The translations under genes were made by a program, and so were the position numbers. The notes beneath the pieces were generated by a model that made no database searches, was not told the origin of the DNA, and was given only the letters and a program-made list of their open reading frames with translations. Shown in pieces: positions 1 to 13,652 of a stretch of DNA of 64,000 bases. The DNA is from the human T2T-CHM13v2.0 reference genome, Homo sapiens: NCBI RefSeq assembly GCF_009914755.1, contig NC_060932.1. One strand, 5' to 3'. How positions within the stretch are numbered: the first letter of the stretch is position 1; the number at the start of each line of letters is the position of its first letter.

Positions 1-858
1 CAACCCCATCAAAAAGTGGGCAAAGGATATGAACAGACACTTCTCAAAAGAAGACATTTATGCAGCCAAAACACACATGAAAAATTGCTCATCATCACTG
101 GCCATCAGAGAAATGCAAATCAAAACCACAATGAGATACCATCTCACACCAGTTGGAATGGCAATCATTAAAAAGTCAGGAAACAACAGGTGCTGGAGAG
201 GATGTGGAGAAATAGGAACACTTTTACACTGTTGGTGGGACTGTAAACTAGTTCAACCATTGTGGAAGTCAGTGTGGCGATTCCTCAGGGATCTAGAACT
301 AGAAATACCATTTGACCCAGCCATCCCATTACTGTGTATATACCCAAAGGACTGTAAATCATGCTGCTATAAAGACACATGCACACGTATGTTTATTGTG
401 GCACTATTCACAATGGCAGAGACTTGGAACCAACCCAAATGTCCAACAATGATAGACTGGATTAAGAAAATGTGGCACATATACACCATGGAATACTATG
501 CAGCCATAAAAAAATGATGAGTTCATGTCCTTTGTAGGGACATGGATGAAATTGGAAATCATCATTCTCAGTAAACTATCTCAATGACACAAAACCAAAC
601 ACCACATGTTCTCACTCATAGATGGGAATTGAACAATGAGAACACATGGACACAGGAAGGACAACATCACACTCTGGGGACTGTTGTGGGGTGGGGGGAG
701 GGGGGAGGGATAGTATTAGGAGATATACCTAATGCTAAATGACGAGTTAATGGGTGCAGCGCACCAACATGGCACATGTATACATATGTAACCTGCACAT
801 TGTGCACATGTACCCTAAAACTTAAAGTATAATAATAATAAAAATAAAAATAAAAATA
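1..858 (+). mobile_element. 3' end of a young L1PA (ORF2 C-terminus, 3' UTR, A-rich tail)
   Basis: ORF 29-517 matches the L1 ORF2p C-terminal Cys-rich domain ([29 protein letters not shown]); G-rich 3' UTR; ends ...cttaaagtataataataaaaa. Confidence 0.95.
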
Positions 859-1268
859 ATTTTATTTCATTAACTTTTAGTTGACAATTAAAATTACATG
901 TATCTATCCTGTGCAGCATGATGTTTTGAAATATGTATATAAAATCTGAAATATAATTTTGGCCACAATCAAGCTAAATAATATGTTTATTAGCTCAGAC
1001 ACTTTTTGTGTGTGTTTAGAATACATCAAGTCTACTCTCTTAGAGATTTTCAAGTCCGTGGTTATTAACCACGGTTCCATGTCACATCATCAATCTCTTG
1101 GCCTTTTTCCCCCTGGCTAACTGAAACTTTGTATCCTTTCACCTGCTGACCAACAGTCTCCCCACCGCAACCCTCCAGGTACGTCTGCCTCCCTGCCCTC
1201 AACTGCTGGTAGCCACCATTCCACTCTCTGTTTCTGTGGGTTCTATTTTTTTAGATTCCACAGTATAA

Positions 1269-1619
<351 letters not shown>

Positions 1620-2028
1620 GTGCCTGGCTTATTTCACATAACCATTTTCCAGCTTCATCCATGTTGTCACAAATAATAGATTTCCTTATTTTTTTAAGGC
1701 TGAATTAAAGCCTTTGTGTCTATATTCCACATTTTCTTTATTCATCTGTTGATGGACACTTAGGTTGATTCCATTATTGTGAATAATGCTGCAATCAACA
1801 TGGGAGTGCAGGTATCTTCAGCATACTGATTTCATTTCCTTTATGTAGACTCACCATGACATGGGTGGGTCATATGGTAATTTTATTTTTAATTTTTAAG
1901 AAACTTTCATTCTGTTTGCCATAATGGCTGTGATAATTTACATTCCCATCAACAGGGTACTAGAATCCCCTTTGTCTGCATTCTCACAACACTGTCATCT
2001 TCCCCCTTTTTTATAGAGGCCATTCTAA

Positions 2029-2347
<319 letters not shown>

Positions 2348-3154
2348 GTGATATTTCATTGTGGTTTTAATTTGCATTTCTTTGATGATTACTGATGTTG
2401 AGCACCTTTTCACATACCTGTCAGCCATTCATACATCCTCTTTTGAGAAATATACTTGACCTTGAAATATACTACAAAGCTATAGTAACCAACACAGATC
2501 GGTATTGGCATAAAAACAGATACATAGATTAACGGAACAGAAAGCAGAGCCCAGAAATTAATCCATGCATTTAAGGTCAATTGATTTTTGACAAAGATGC
2601 CAAGAACATACACAGGGGAAAGGACAGGCTTTTCAACACACGGTGTTGAGAAAACTGGATATCCATAGGCAAAGAATAAAATTAGACCCTTATTGCACTA
2701 GACTGTTCTTGCATTGCTATAAAGAAATATCTGAGACTGGGAATTTGAGAAATAGATTGAGAAATAGATATTCAGGTCCTTTGTCCATTTTTTAATCCAG
2801 TTACTTGTTTTCTTGCTATTGAGTGCCTTATGTATTTTGGATATTAAACCCTTATCAGATATAGATTTGCAGATATTTAGTCCCCATTTCTCTTCACTCT
2901 GTGGATTGCTTTCTTGGTTGTGCAGAAGATTTTTTTTTTTGTTTGATGTATTCTATTTGTCTATCATTGCTTTTGTTGCCTATGGTTTTGTGTTAATATC
3001 CAAAAAAAAATTTGCTAAGACCAGTGTCATGGATTCTTTCTTCCATGTTTTCTTCCAGGATTTTTAATGTTTCAGGTTTTTCATTTAAGTCTTTAATTCA
3101 TTTTGAGTTGATTTTTCTGTATGGTGGGAAATAAGTGATATCTTAAAATTTTTT

Positions 3155-3579
3155 AATATGGTTTGGATGTGTGTCCCCTCCAAATCTCATGTTGGAATGT
3201 GACCTCCAGTGTTGGAGGTGGGACCTGGTGGGAGGTACTGGATCATGGGGGCAGATCCCTCATGAATGGCTGAGAGTGTCGCCTTAGTAGAGAATAAGTT
3301 ATCTGAGTTCACATGAGATCTGTTGTTCAAAAGAATGTGGCACTTCCCCCCTCGCTTTCTCATGCCCACTCTCGTCATCTGGTACACTGGCTCCCCCTTT
3401 GCCTTCCTCCATGATTGTAAACTTCCTCAGGCCTCACCAGAAGCTGATAAGATGCCAGCACCATGTTTCCTTTACAGCCTGCAGGACCATAGCCAATTAA
3501 ACCTCTTTTCTTTATAAATTACCCAGAAATTCCCAGTCTCAGATATTTCTTTATAGCAATGCAAGAACAGTTTAGTGCA
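3155..3579 (+). mobile_element. MST-type MaLR solo LTR
   Basis: atatggtttggatgtgtgtcccctccaaatctcatg ... aattaaacctcttttctttataaattaccca ... gcaatgcaagaacag. Confidence 0.85.
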
Positions 3580-4120
3580 ATAGAAGTCTAATTTTATTCT
3601 TTGCCTATGGATATCCAGTTTTCTCAACACTGTGTGTTGAAGAGACTGTCCTTTCTCCTGTGTATGTTCTTGGCATCTTTGTCAAAAATCAATTGACCTT
3701 AAATGCATGGATTAATTTCTGGGCTCTGCTTTCTGTTCCGTTAATCTATGTGTCTGTTTTTATGTCAATACCAATCTGTGTTGGTTACTATAGCTTTGTA
3801 GTATATTTCAAAGTCAAGTAGTGTGATGCCCCTCAGCTTTGTTCATTGTTGCTCAAAATTGCTTTGGCTAATTCAGGATTTTTTGTGATTCTATAACAAT
3901 ATTAGGATTGTTTTTTCTATTTCTTTGAAAAATGTCATTGGAATTTTAATTGGAATTGTATTAAATCTGTAGATTTTGGGGGTATATGGACATTTTAGCA
4001 ATATTAATTCTTCCAGTTGATGAGTACTGCATTTCTTTACATTTTTTGTGTCCTCTTCAATTTCTTTATTTTTCATGTTTAATTTTTGTGAATACATAGT
4101 AGGTGTATATATTTATTGGG

Positions 4121-4428
4121 TGTATTAGTCCGTTCTCATGCTGCTATGAAGAAATACCTAAGACTGGGTAATTTATAAAGAGTACAATCATGGTGGAAGG
4201 CACCTCTTCACAGGGTGGCAGGAGAGAGAATGAGTGCAAGCACGGGAAATACCAGACACTTATAAAACCGTCAAATCTCATGAGACTAACCCATTATCAC
4301 GAGAACAGAGAGAAACTGCCCCCATGATTCAATTACCTCCACTTGGTCCTGCCCTTTACATATGGGGATTATGGGAATTACAATTCAAGGTGAAATTTGG
4401 GTGGGGACACAGAGCCAACCCATATCAT
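4121..4428 (-). mobile_element. THE1/MST-type MaLR solo LTR
   Basis: tgtattagtccgttctcatgctgctatgaagaaatacc ... gggtggggacacagagccaacccatatca. Confidence 0.85.
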
Positions 4429-4727
4429 GGGGTATATGTTTTGATACAAGTATGCAATGTGTAATAATCACATCATAGATAATGAGGTATCCATTTCCTC
4501 AAGCATTTATCCTTTCTGTTACAAGCAATCCAATTTGTATTAGTTCATTGTCACATTGCTATAAAGAACTACCTGACACTGAGTAGTTTATGAAGAAAAG
4601 AAGTTTAATTGACTCACAGTTCTGCAGGCTGCACAGGAAGCATGGCTTGGAGGCCTCAGGAAACTTACAATCATGGTGGGAAGTGAAGGGGAAGCAAGCA
4701 CGTCTTACCGTGGCAGAGCAGGAGGGC

Positions 4728-4729
<2 letters not shown>

Positions 4730-4793
<64 letters not shown>
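4730..4793. repeat. (GA)n microsatellite, about 32 units
   Basis: Pure GA run inside the MaLR LTR. Confidence 0.97.
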
Positions 4794-4796
<3 letters not shown>

Positions 4797-6098
4797 GGGA
4801 GGTGCTACACACTTTCAAACAACTAGATGTCATGAGAACCCTATCACGAGACAGCACTAGGGGAATGGTGCCTAAACCATTAGAAACACCTTCATGATCC
4901 AATCACCTCCCACCACGCCCCTCCTCCAATAATTTATGATAATTTACATTTCCATCAGCAGGGCACAAGAGTTCCCCTTTGTCCACATCCTCACTAACAC
5001 TTTTCAATCATGGGGATTGTCAATCGTGGGTATTAAAATAAGACATGAGATTTGGGTAGGGACATACAGCCAAACCATATCATTCTGTCCCTGGCCTCTC
5101 CCAAATCTCATGTCCTTCTCACATTTCAAAATATAATAATCCCTTCTCAGCAGTCTCACAAAGTCTGAATTCATTCCAGCTTTAACCAAAAGGTCAACAT
5201 CTCATCTGAGACAAGGCAAGTTCCTTCCACCTATGAGCCTATAAAATAAAAAACAAATTAGTTACTTCCAAGATATAATGGAGTGTACAGGCATTGGGTA
5301 AATGCTCTCATTCCAAATGGGAGAAATTGGCCAAAAAAAAGGGGCTACTGGACCTATGCAAGTCCCAAATCCAGCAAGGCAGTCATTAAATCTCAAAACT
5401 CCAAAATATTCTCCTTTGACTCCATGTCTCACACCCAGGTCATGCTGATGCAAGAGCTGGGCTCCCAAGGCCTTGAGCAGCTCCACCCTTGTGGATCTGC
5501 AAGGTACAGCCCCTGTGGCTGTTTTCACAAGCTGGCGTTCAGTGCCTATGGCTTTTCCAGGTGCATGATGTAAGCTGTCAGTGGATCTACCATTCTGGGG
5601 TCTGGAGGATGGTGGCCCTCTTCTCAGAGCTCCACTGAGCAGTGCCCCAGTGGGAAATCTGTGTGGGGGCTCCAACCCCACATTTCCCCTCTGCACTGCC
5701 TTAGTAGAGGTTCTCCATCAGGGCTCTGCCCCTGCGGCAGACTTCTGCCTAGACATCCAGGTGTTTCCTTGCATCCTCTGAAATCTAGACAGAGGCTCCC
5801 AAACCTCAACTCTTGCCTTCTGCACACCCACAGGGCCTCACTGATTAAAACTCACAAAGGTTTGGGGCTTCCATCCTCCAAAGCAATGGCCTGAGATGTA
5901 CCTTGGCCCCTTTTAGCCACGGTTGAAGCTGGAGTCACTGGGATGCAGGACACCATGTTCTGAGGCTGTGCAGATCAGCAAGGCCCTGGACCTGGCCCAC
6001 AAAACCATTTTTCCCTCCTAGGTCTCCAGGCCTGTGATGGGAGGGACTGCCACAAATGTCTCTGAAATGCCCTGAAGGCATTGTCTGCATTGTCTTGG

Positions 6099-6482
6099 TG
6101 ATACGGTTTGGCTGTGTCCCTACCCAAATCTCATCTTGAACTGTAGTTCCCATAATCCCCATGTGTCATGGGAAGGACCCAGTGGGAGGTAATTGAATCA
6201 TGGAGGCAGTTACCTCTGTGCTGTTCTTGTGATAGTGAGTGAGTGAGTTCCCACAAGATCTAATGGTTTTATAAGGGGCTCCCCACCCTCACCCTTCATG
6301 CTGCACTTCTCCTTGCTGCTACTATGTGAAGAGGGATGTGTTTGCTTCCCCTTCTGCCATGATTGTAAGTTTCTTGAAGCCTCCCCAGCCCTGCAGAACC
6401 GTGGATCAATTAAACCTCTTTTCTCTATAAATCGCCCGGTCTCAGGTATGTCCTTATAGCAGCATGAGAAAGGATAAATACA
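6099..6482 (+). mobile_element. THE1-type solo LTR nested in the MaLR internal region
   Basis: tgatacggtttggctgtgtccctacccaaatctcatcttgaactgtag ... ggataaataca; TSD cttgg on both sides. Confidence 0.88.
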
Positions 6483-7492
6483 CTTGGCTATTAACATTTG
6501 GCTCTCCTTTACTTATGCAAATTTCTGCAGCCTTGAATTCTTCCCTAGAAAATGGGTTTTTCTTTTCTACTGCATGGTCGAACTGCAAATTTTCCCAGCT
6601 TTCATACTCTCCTCTTTTAAATATAAGTTCAAATTTCAGATAATCTCTTTCTTCATACATATGAGAATACACTTTTAGAAACAGCCAGGTAACCTCTTCA
6701 ATGCAGCTGCTTAGACATTTCTTCTGCCAGATGCCCTAAATTATTTCTCTCAAGTTCAAAGTTCCACAGATCTCTAGAGCAGGGGCATAATGTCACCAGT
6801 CTCTTTGCTAAAGTATAGCAAGAGTGACCTTTATGCCAGTTCCCAGTAAGTTCCTCATTTCCATCTAAGAACTCATCTGCCTGGCCATCTCTGTCCATAT
6901 CACTATCAGCATTTTGGTCGAAGCCATTCAACAAGTCTCCAGGAGGTTCCAAACTTTCTCTCATCTGCCTGTCTTCTTCTGATTCCTCCAAATTGTTCCA
7001 ACCTCTGCCTATTACCCAGTTCCAAAGTCACTTCCACCTTTCCAGTTATCTTTATAGCAATGCCCCATTTCTCTGGTACCAATTTTCTGTATTAGTCTGT
7101 TCTCACACTGCTATAAATAACTATCTGAGACTGGGTAATTTATAAAGAAAAGAGGTTTGGTTGACTCACAGTTCTGCAGGCTGTACAGGGAGCATAGCTG
7201 GAAGACCTCAGGAAACTTACAGTCATGGCAGATGATGAAGGGGAAGCAGGCACGTCTTAACATGACAGAGCAGGAGAGAGAGAGAGTGAAGGGGGAGGTG
7301 CTACATACTTTCAAACAACCAAATCTCATGAGAACTCTATCATGAGACAGCACAAGAGGGATGGTGCTTAACCATTAGAAACCACCCCTCCATGATCCAA
7401 GCATCTCCCACCAGGACCCTCCTCCAACACGTGGGAATTACAGTTCGACATGAGATTTGGGTGGGGACACACAGCCAAACCATCTCACAATT

Positions 7493-10400
7493 ATACGCTT
7501 TTAGTGATTTTTAAATGTACAATTAAATTGTCATTGATTATAATCACCCTGTTGTGCTATCAAATAGTAGGTCTTATTCATTCTTTCTATATTTTAACCA
7601 TTCTCACCTCACCTCCACTCCCTCACTACCATTCTTAGCCTCTGGTAACTATCCTACTCTGTATCCCCATGAGTTCAATTGTTTCAGTTTTTAGATCCCA
7701 CAAATAAGTGAGAACATGCAATGCTTGTCTTTCTGTGCCTGGCTTATTTCAATTAATGTAATAATCTGCAGTTCCATCCTTGTTGGTGCAAATGACAGGA
7801 TCAAATGCTTTTTCATGGCTGAATAGTACTCCATTGTGTATATTCACCACATTTCCTTTATCCTTTTATCTGTTGACGCACACTTAGATTGCTTCCAAAT
7901 CTTGGCTGTTGTGAACAGTACTGCAATAAACATGCTAGTGCAGATCCCATATACCAATTTCCTTTCTTTTGGGTATATACCTAGCAATGAGATTGCTGGA
8001 TTGTATGGTACCTCTATTTTTAGTTTTTTGAGGAACCCCCAAACTATTTTCTATAGTGGTTGCACTAATTTACATTCCTACCAACAGTGTAGAAGGGTTC
8101 CCTTTCTCCACTTCCTCGCTAGCATTTGTTATTGCCTGTCTTTTGGATACAAGCCATTGTAACTGGGGTGAGAAAATATCTCATGGTAGTTTTTATTTGC
8201 ATTTCTCTGATGATAATGATGTTGAGCAGCTTTTCATATGCCTGTTTACTGTTTGTATGTCTTTTTTTAAGAAATGTCTATTCGAATATTTTGCCCATTT
8301 TTAAATTGGATTATTAGTTTTTTTTCCTACAGAGTTGTTTGAACTCCTTATATATTCTGATTATTACTCCTTTGTCAGATGGGTAGCTTGCAAATATTTT
8401 CTCCCATTCTGTGGGTTGTCGCTTCACCTTGGCAATTGTTTACTTTGCTGTGCAGAAGTTTTCTAACTTGATGTAATCCTATTTGTCCATTTTTGTTTTG
8501 GTTGTGTGTGTTTGTGGGTTATTATTCGGGAAATCTTTGCCCAGACCAATGTCCTGGAAAGTTTCTCCAATATTTTCTTATAGTAGTTTCATAGTATGAG
8601 GTTTTATGTTTATGACTTTAATCCATTTTGATTTGATTTTTGTATATGGTGAGAAACGGGTCTAATTTCATTCTTCTGCATATAGATATCCAGTTTTCTC
8701 AGCACCATTTATTGAAGAGACTGTCTTTTCCTTGGCACCTTTGTCAAAAATGAGTTCACTGTTGTGTATGGATTTTTTTCTTAGCTCTCTATTCTATTCC
8801 ATTGATCTATGTGTCTGTTTTAATGCCAGTACCCTGCTGCTTTGCTTACTATACTTCTGTAGTATAATATGAAGTCAAGTAATGTGATTTCTCCAGTTTT
8901 GTTCCTTTGCTTAGGGTAACTTTGGCTATTCCGGGTCTTTTGTGGTTCCATATAGATTTTAGGATTGTTTTTCTATTTCTGTGAGGAATATCACTGGTAT
9001 TTTGAGAGGGACTGCATTGAATCTGTAGATTGCTTTGGGTAGTATGGACATTTTAACCATATCAATCCTTCCAATCAACGAACATTTTGGTGTCTTCTTC
9101 AATTTCTTTCATCACTGTTTAATAGTCTTTCACTTCTTTAGTTAATCTCAGGTATTTAATTTTATTTGTGGTTATTGTAAATGGAATTACTTTTTATTTT
9201 TCAAATTGTTCACTGTTGGCATATGGAAATGCTACTGATTTTTGTAAGTTGATTTTGTATTCTGCAACTTTACTGAATTTGTTTATAAGTTCTAATAGTT
9301 TTTTTGTGGAGTCTTTATATTCTTCCAAATATAAGATTATATAATCTGCAAACAAGGATAATTTCACTGCTTCCTTTCTAATGTGGATGTTGTTTATATC
9401 TTTATCTTGTCTGACTCCTCTAGCTAGGACTTCCAGTACTATGTTGAATAACAGTGGTGATAGTGGGCATCCTTGTCATTCTCTAGATCTTGGAGGACAG
9501 GCTTTCAGTTTTCCCCCATTCAGTATGATACTAGCTGTGGGTCTGTAATATATGGCTTTTATTATGTTAAAGTATATTCCTTCTACACCCAGTTTTTTGA
9601 GGGTTTGTTTTTATCATAAAAGGATGTTGAATTTTATTAAATGTTTTTCAGCATCAATGGAAATGATTATACAGTTTTTGTCCTTCATTCTGTTGATGGG
9701 ATGTATCACACTGATTGATTTGCATTTGTTGAACCATTCTTGCATCCCAGAGATAAATCTCACTTGGTCGTGATGAATGGTCTTTTTAACGTATTGTGGA
9801 ATTCAATTTGATAGTATTTTGTTGAGGATTTTTGCATCAATATTTATCAGAGATATTGGCCTTTAATTTTTTTATGTGTCTTTGTCTGGTTTTGGTATCA
9901 GGGTAATACTGGTCTTGTAGAATGAGTTCAGAAGTATTCCTTCATCCTTTATTTTTCAGAATAGTTTCAGTAGGATTGGTATTAGTTCTTCTTTAAATGC
10001 TTGGTAGAATTCAGCGGTGAAGCTATTGAGTCCAGGGCTTCTCTTTACTTGGAGACATTTTATTATGGAGTAAATCTCATTACTTGCTATTTGTCTGTTC
10101 AGGTTTTTTATTTTTTCAAGGTTCAATCTTGGTAGGTTTTTGTGTCTTGAAATGTATCCATTTCTTCTAGATTTTCCAATTTATTGGCATGTAGTTGCTC
10201 ATAGTAGCCACTAATTATCCTTTGAGTTTCTGCAGCATCAGTTTTAATATCTCTTTTTTCATTTCTGATTTTATTTATTTGAATCTTCTCTTTTTTTTTC
10301 TTAGTTAGTTGGGCTAAAGTTTTGTCAACTTTGTTTATCTTTTCAAAGAAAGACCCAACTTTTTGTTTCATTGATCTTTTGTATCACTTTCTTCATTTCA

Positions 10401-11930
10401 ATTTCATTTATTTCTGTTCCTTAGGTTTTATTTGAAGTTTTTCTTCTTTTTTGAGATAGGCACTTACAGCTATAAAGTTCCCTCTTAGTACTGCTTTTGC
10501 TGTATCCCATAAATTTTGGTATGTTTTGTTTCCAGTATCATTTGTTTCAAGAAATTTTTCAATTTTCTTCTTAATTTTTTCATTGACCCAGTGGTCATTC
10601 AGGAGGATATTGTTTAACTTCCATATATTTGTATAGTTTCCAAAATTCTTCTTGTTAATTGATTTCTAGTTTTATTTCATTGTGGTCATAGAAGATGCTC
10701 AATATTATTTCAATTTTTTGAATGTTTTAAGATTTGTTTTTTGACCTAACCTACGGTCTATCCTTGAGAATGATCCATGTGCTGAGGAAAATAATGTGTA
10801 TTCTGTAGCCGTTGGATAAAATATTCTGCAAATATCTACTAGGTCCATTTGGTTTATAGTTCAGATTAAGTCTGATGTTTCTTTGTTGACTTTCTGTCTG
10901 GAAGATCTGTCCGATAGTCAAAGTGAGGTATTGACGTCTCCACTTACTATTGTATTGGGGGTCTATCTCTCTCACCACAGTGGGGAATCTGCTAAGCTTC
11001 ACCTGAAGCCAGCAAGTCTCAGATTCTCACCTAAAGCCCTTGATGAAGAACCTGGGTATAGCTGCTTATTATTCAAGGTCCAAGGTCTCTTTAGTTAGCA
11101 GGTGATGATTCCTGCCAGACTTGGCCCTTCCCTTCAAGGCAGCAGGTTCTCTTCCGGCCCAAGGTGTGTCTAGTAATGTCATCTGAGAGCTAGGGCCTGG
11201 AAAGGGGACCTCAGGACTCTGACAAGTGCCCTATCCTGCTGTGGCTGAAGCTGGTATCCAAGATGTAAGACAACGTCCTCCCCTTTCTTTTCTCTCCTCT
11301 CCTCAAGTAGAAGGAAGGGGTCTCCTTTGGAGCTTCAAACTGTGCAGCCTGTGGTTAGGAGAGCGGTGTGATGCCAGCACTCCCTTATCTGCCCCAGCTA
11401 TTGCCTAAGTATCTCACGTGCCCACCGGTCCACTGGCTCTGGGCCCAGTTCAGCAGCAGGAGTTGCAGTTCTTGTGGCCTAGACTGCCTTTCAAGTTTGT
11501 TTAGAGGTGCTTTAAAGGGTACCTCCAAAGTCCAGAGGTCCCCTTTATTTAGAGGTGCTCTAAATAAACTTGAAACTCTAGTCTGTGGTAATGAGGCTTG
11601 AGGCAACTCCAGTTTGTACCACTGGGATCAGCAATTTTCCTCTGGCTGGGGCTGGGTTTTGTTTTGTTTTGTTTTTGTTTGTTTGTTTGTTTGTTTTGGT
11701 CCTAACCCTCAGAACCTGTGAACTAGGGCTGGTTTAATGCTCCCTCCATGAGCAGGCATCAGCTGGGTTTGGTCTGGTTTTGCTTTCTGCTCTAGTAGGA
11801 TAGCACTGAGTTCACTGCCTCACAATTGCTGCAGTCTCCCTCTCCCAGTGCACTGAAATGCACTCCACATCACACCACGGCTGCTAGGGGGACAACTGGC
11901 TCAGCGTTCTATTCCACCATCTTGCTTTAC
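7493..11930 (-). mobile_element. L1MA-like element (3' end at about 4070-4535) nested in the older L1; ORF2 remnants plus 5' region
   Basis: Antisense ORF2 peptides such as [38 protein letters not shown]; GC-richer 5'-UTR-like sequence at 10970-11930. Confidence 0.8.
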
Positions 11931-12062
11931 CTCCTCTCCCCCTCTCCCTGATTTCTTAATAAGGTTTTATAGTTTTCAGTGCATAGGTCTTTCACCTCCT
12001 TAGTTAAATTTATTCCTAAGTTTTTAAAATTTTGTAGCTATTATTAATGGGATATTTTTTCC

Positions 12063-12245
12063 TTCTTTCTTTTTTTTTTTTTTTTTAAGAGATTGGATCT
12101 TGCTCTGTCACCCAGGCTGTAGTGCAGTGGCATGATTACAGCTCATTACAGCCTTGAACTCCTGGGCTCAAATGATCCTCCCACCTCAGCCCCACCCCTA
12201 ACCCCCTGAGTAACTGGCATTACAGGCATGAGACAGTGTGCCCAG
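12063..12245 (-). mobile_element. Truncated old Alu (AluJ/FRAM-like monomer)
   Basis: poly-T then cttgctctgtcacccaggctgtagtgcagtggc ... ctgggctcaaatgatcctccc. Confidence 0.8.
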
Positions 12246-13171
12246 AAAAATTGGGTTTTTTTATTTCTTTTTTTTTTGTATAGTTTGTTACTAGTATGCA
12301 GAAATGCTATGAATTTTTGTCTCTTGACTTTTTTCATCCTGCAATTTTATTGAATTTATTTTAGTTCTATCAGTTTTTTTTTGGTTGCAGTCTTTAGGGT
12401 TTCTATTTATAAGATCATTGTCATCTGCAAATGAGGACAATTTAATTTCTTCCCTTTTAATTTAGGTGCTTTTTATTTCTTTCCCTTACCTAATTGCTCT
12501 GTCTAGTACTTCCAGCACTATGTTGAGTAGAAGTGGCAAGAATGGACATTTTTGTCTTATTCCTCGTCTTCCAGGAAAAGCCTTCAAATTTTCACCATTG
12601 AGTATGATATTAGCTGAGAGATTTCTATGTATGGCTTTTATTGTGTTGAGGTATGTTCCTTCTACACCTAATTTGCTGGGAGTTTCTATTATGAAAGGAT
12701 GTTGAATTTTATCAAGTGTTTTTCTGCATCTATTGAGATGATCCTAAGGCCATTCTTTTTTTAATGTAGTGAATCACATTTATTGATTTGCATATATTGA
12801 ACAATTCTTGCATCACCGAAATAAATCTCAGTTAATCACGGTGAATGTTCCCTTTAATATGCTGTTGAACTCAGTTTGCTCGTATTTTGTTGAGGAATTT
12901 TGCATCTATGTCCATCAGGGATATTGGCTTGAAATTTTATTTTCTTGTGATGTGTTTGTTGGGCTTTGGTATTAAGGTAATACTGGCCTTGTAAATGAGT
13001 TTGGAAGTATTATCTCCTCTTCAATTTTTTGGAAGAGTTTGAGAAGGTTTTTTTGTGTTTTTTTTTAAGGTTTGGTAGAATTGAGCAGTGAGGCCATCAG
13101 GTTCTGAACTTTTCTTTAACTGGAAATTTTAAATCACTAATTCAGTCTCTTACTTGTTATTGGTCTGTTGA

Positions 13172-13652
13172 TGTAGCAGGACAAGCCACAGACAAAACTC
13201 CTCAGACACCGAGTTAAAGAAGAAAGAGGTTTATTCGGCCGGGAGCATCGGCAGGACTCCTGTCTCAAGAGCCAAGCTCCCTGAGTGAGCAATTCCTGTC
13301 CCTTTTAAGGGCTCACAACTCCAAGGGGGTCTGCGTGAGAGGGTCATGATTGATTGAGTAAACGGGGTAGGTGACAGGGTCTGCATGCACCGGTGGTCAG
13401 AGTGAAACAGAACAGACCGGGAAGTTTTACAATGTCTTTCTGTAATCTGTAGATAACAGCAGTTGCTAGGTCAGGGGTCGAATTTTAACTACCAGGCTTA
13501 GGTCAGGCCCAGGCTTGGTTTCGGTTCTGGTTTCTTGGATTTGGGTCTGGTTCCTAGGCGCCGGGGCACCTGCCTTTAGTTTGGCTTCTCTTTCCTTTTC
13601 AGAGTATAAAACAACATAAAACAATATGAGAAGGTCTGTCTCTCTTCTCTCA
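13172..13652 (-). mobile_element. ERV1-class solo LTR (LTR15-like, subfamily tentative)
   Basis: TG...CA termini, GC-rich insert interrupting L1, antisense AATAAA (tttatt at about 13230), imperfect 4-bp TSD ttga/ttca. Confidence 0.75.

Larger units (their letters stand above)
4536..7487 (-). mobile_element. Full-length MaLR element (MSTA-like): LTR 4536-5082, internal region, LTR about 7088-7487
   Basis: Two homologous LTRs flanking MaLR internal sequence; 5-bp TSD caatt at 4531-4535 and 7488-7492. Confidence 0.88.
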
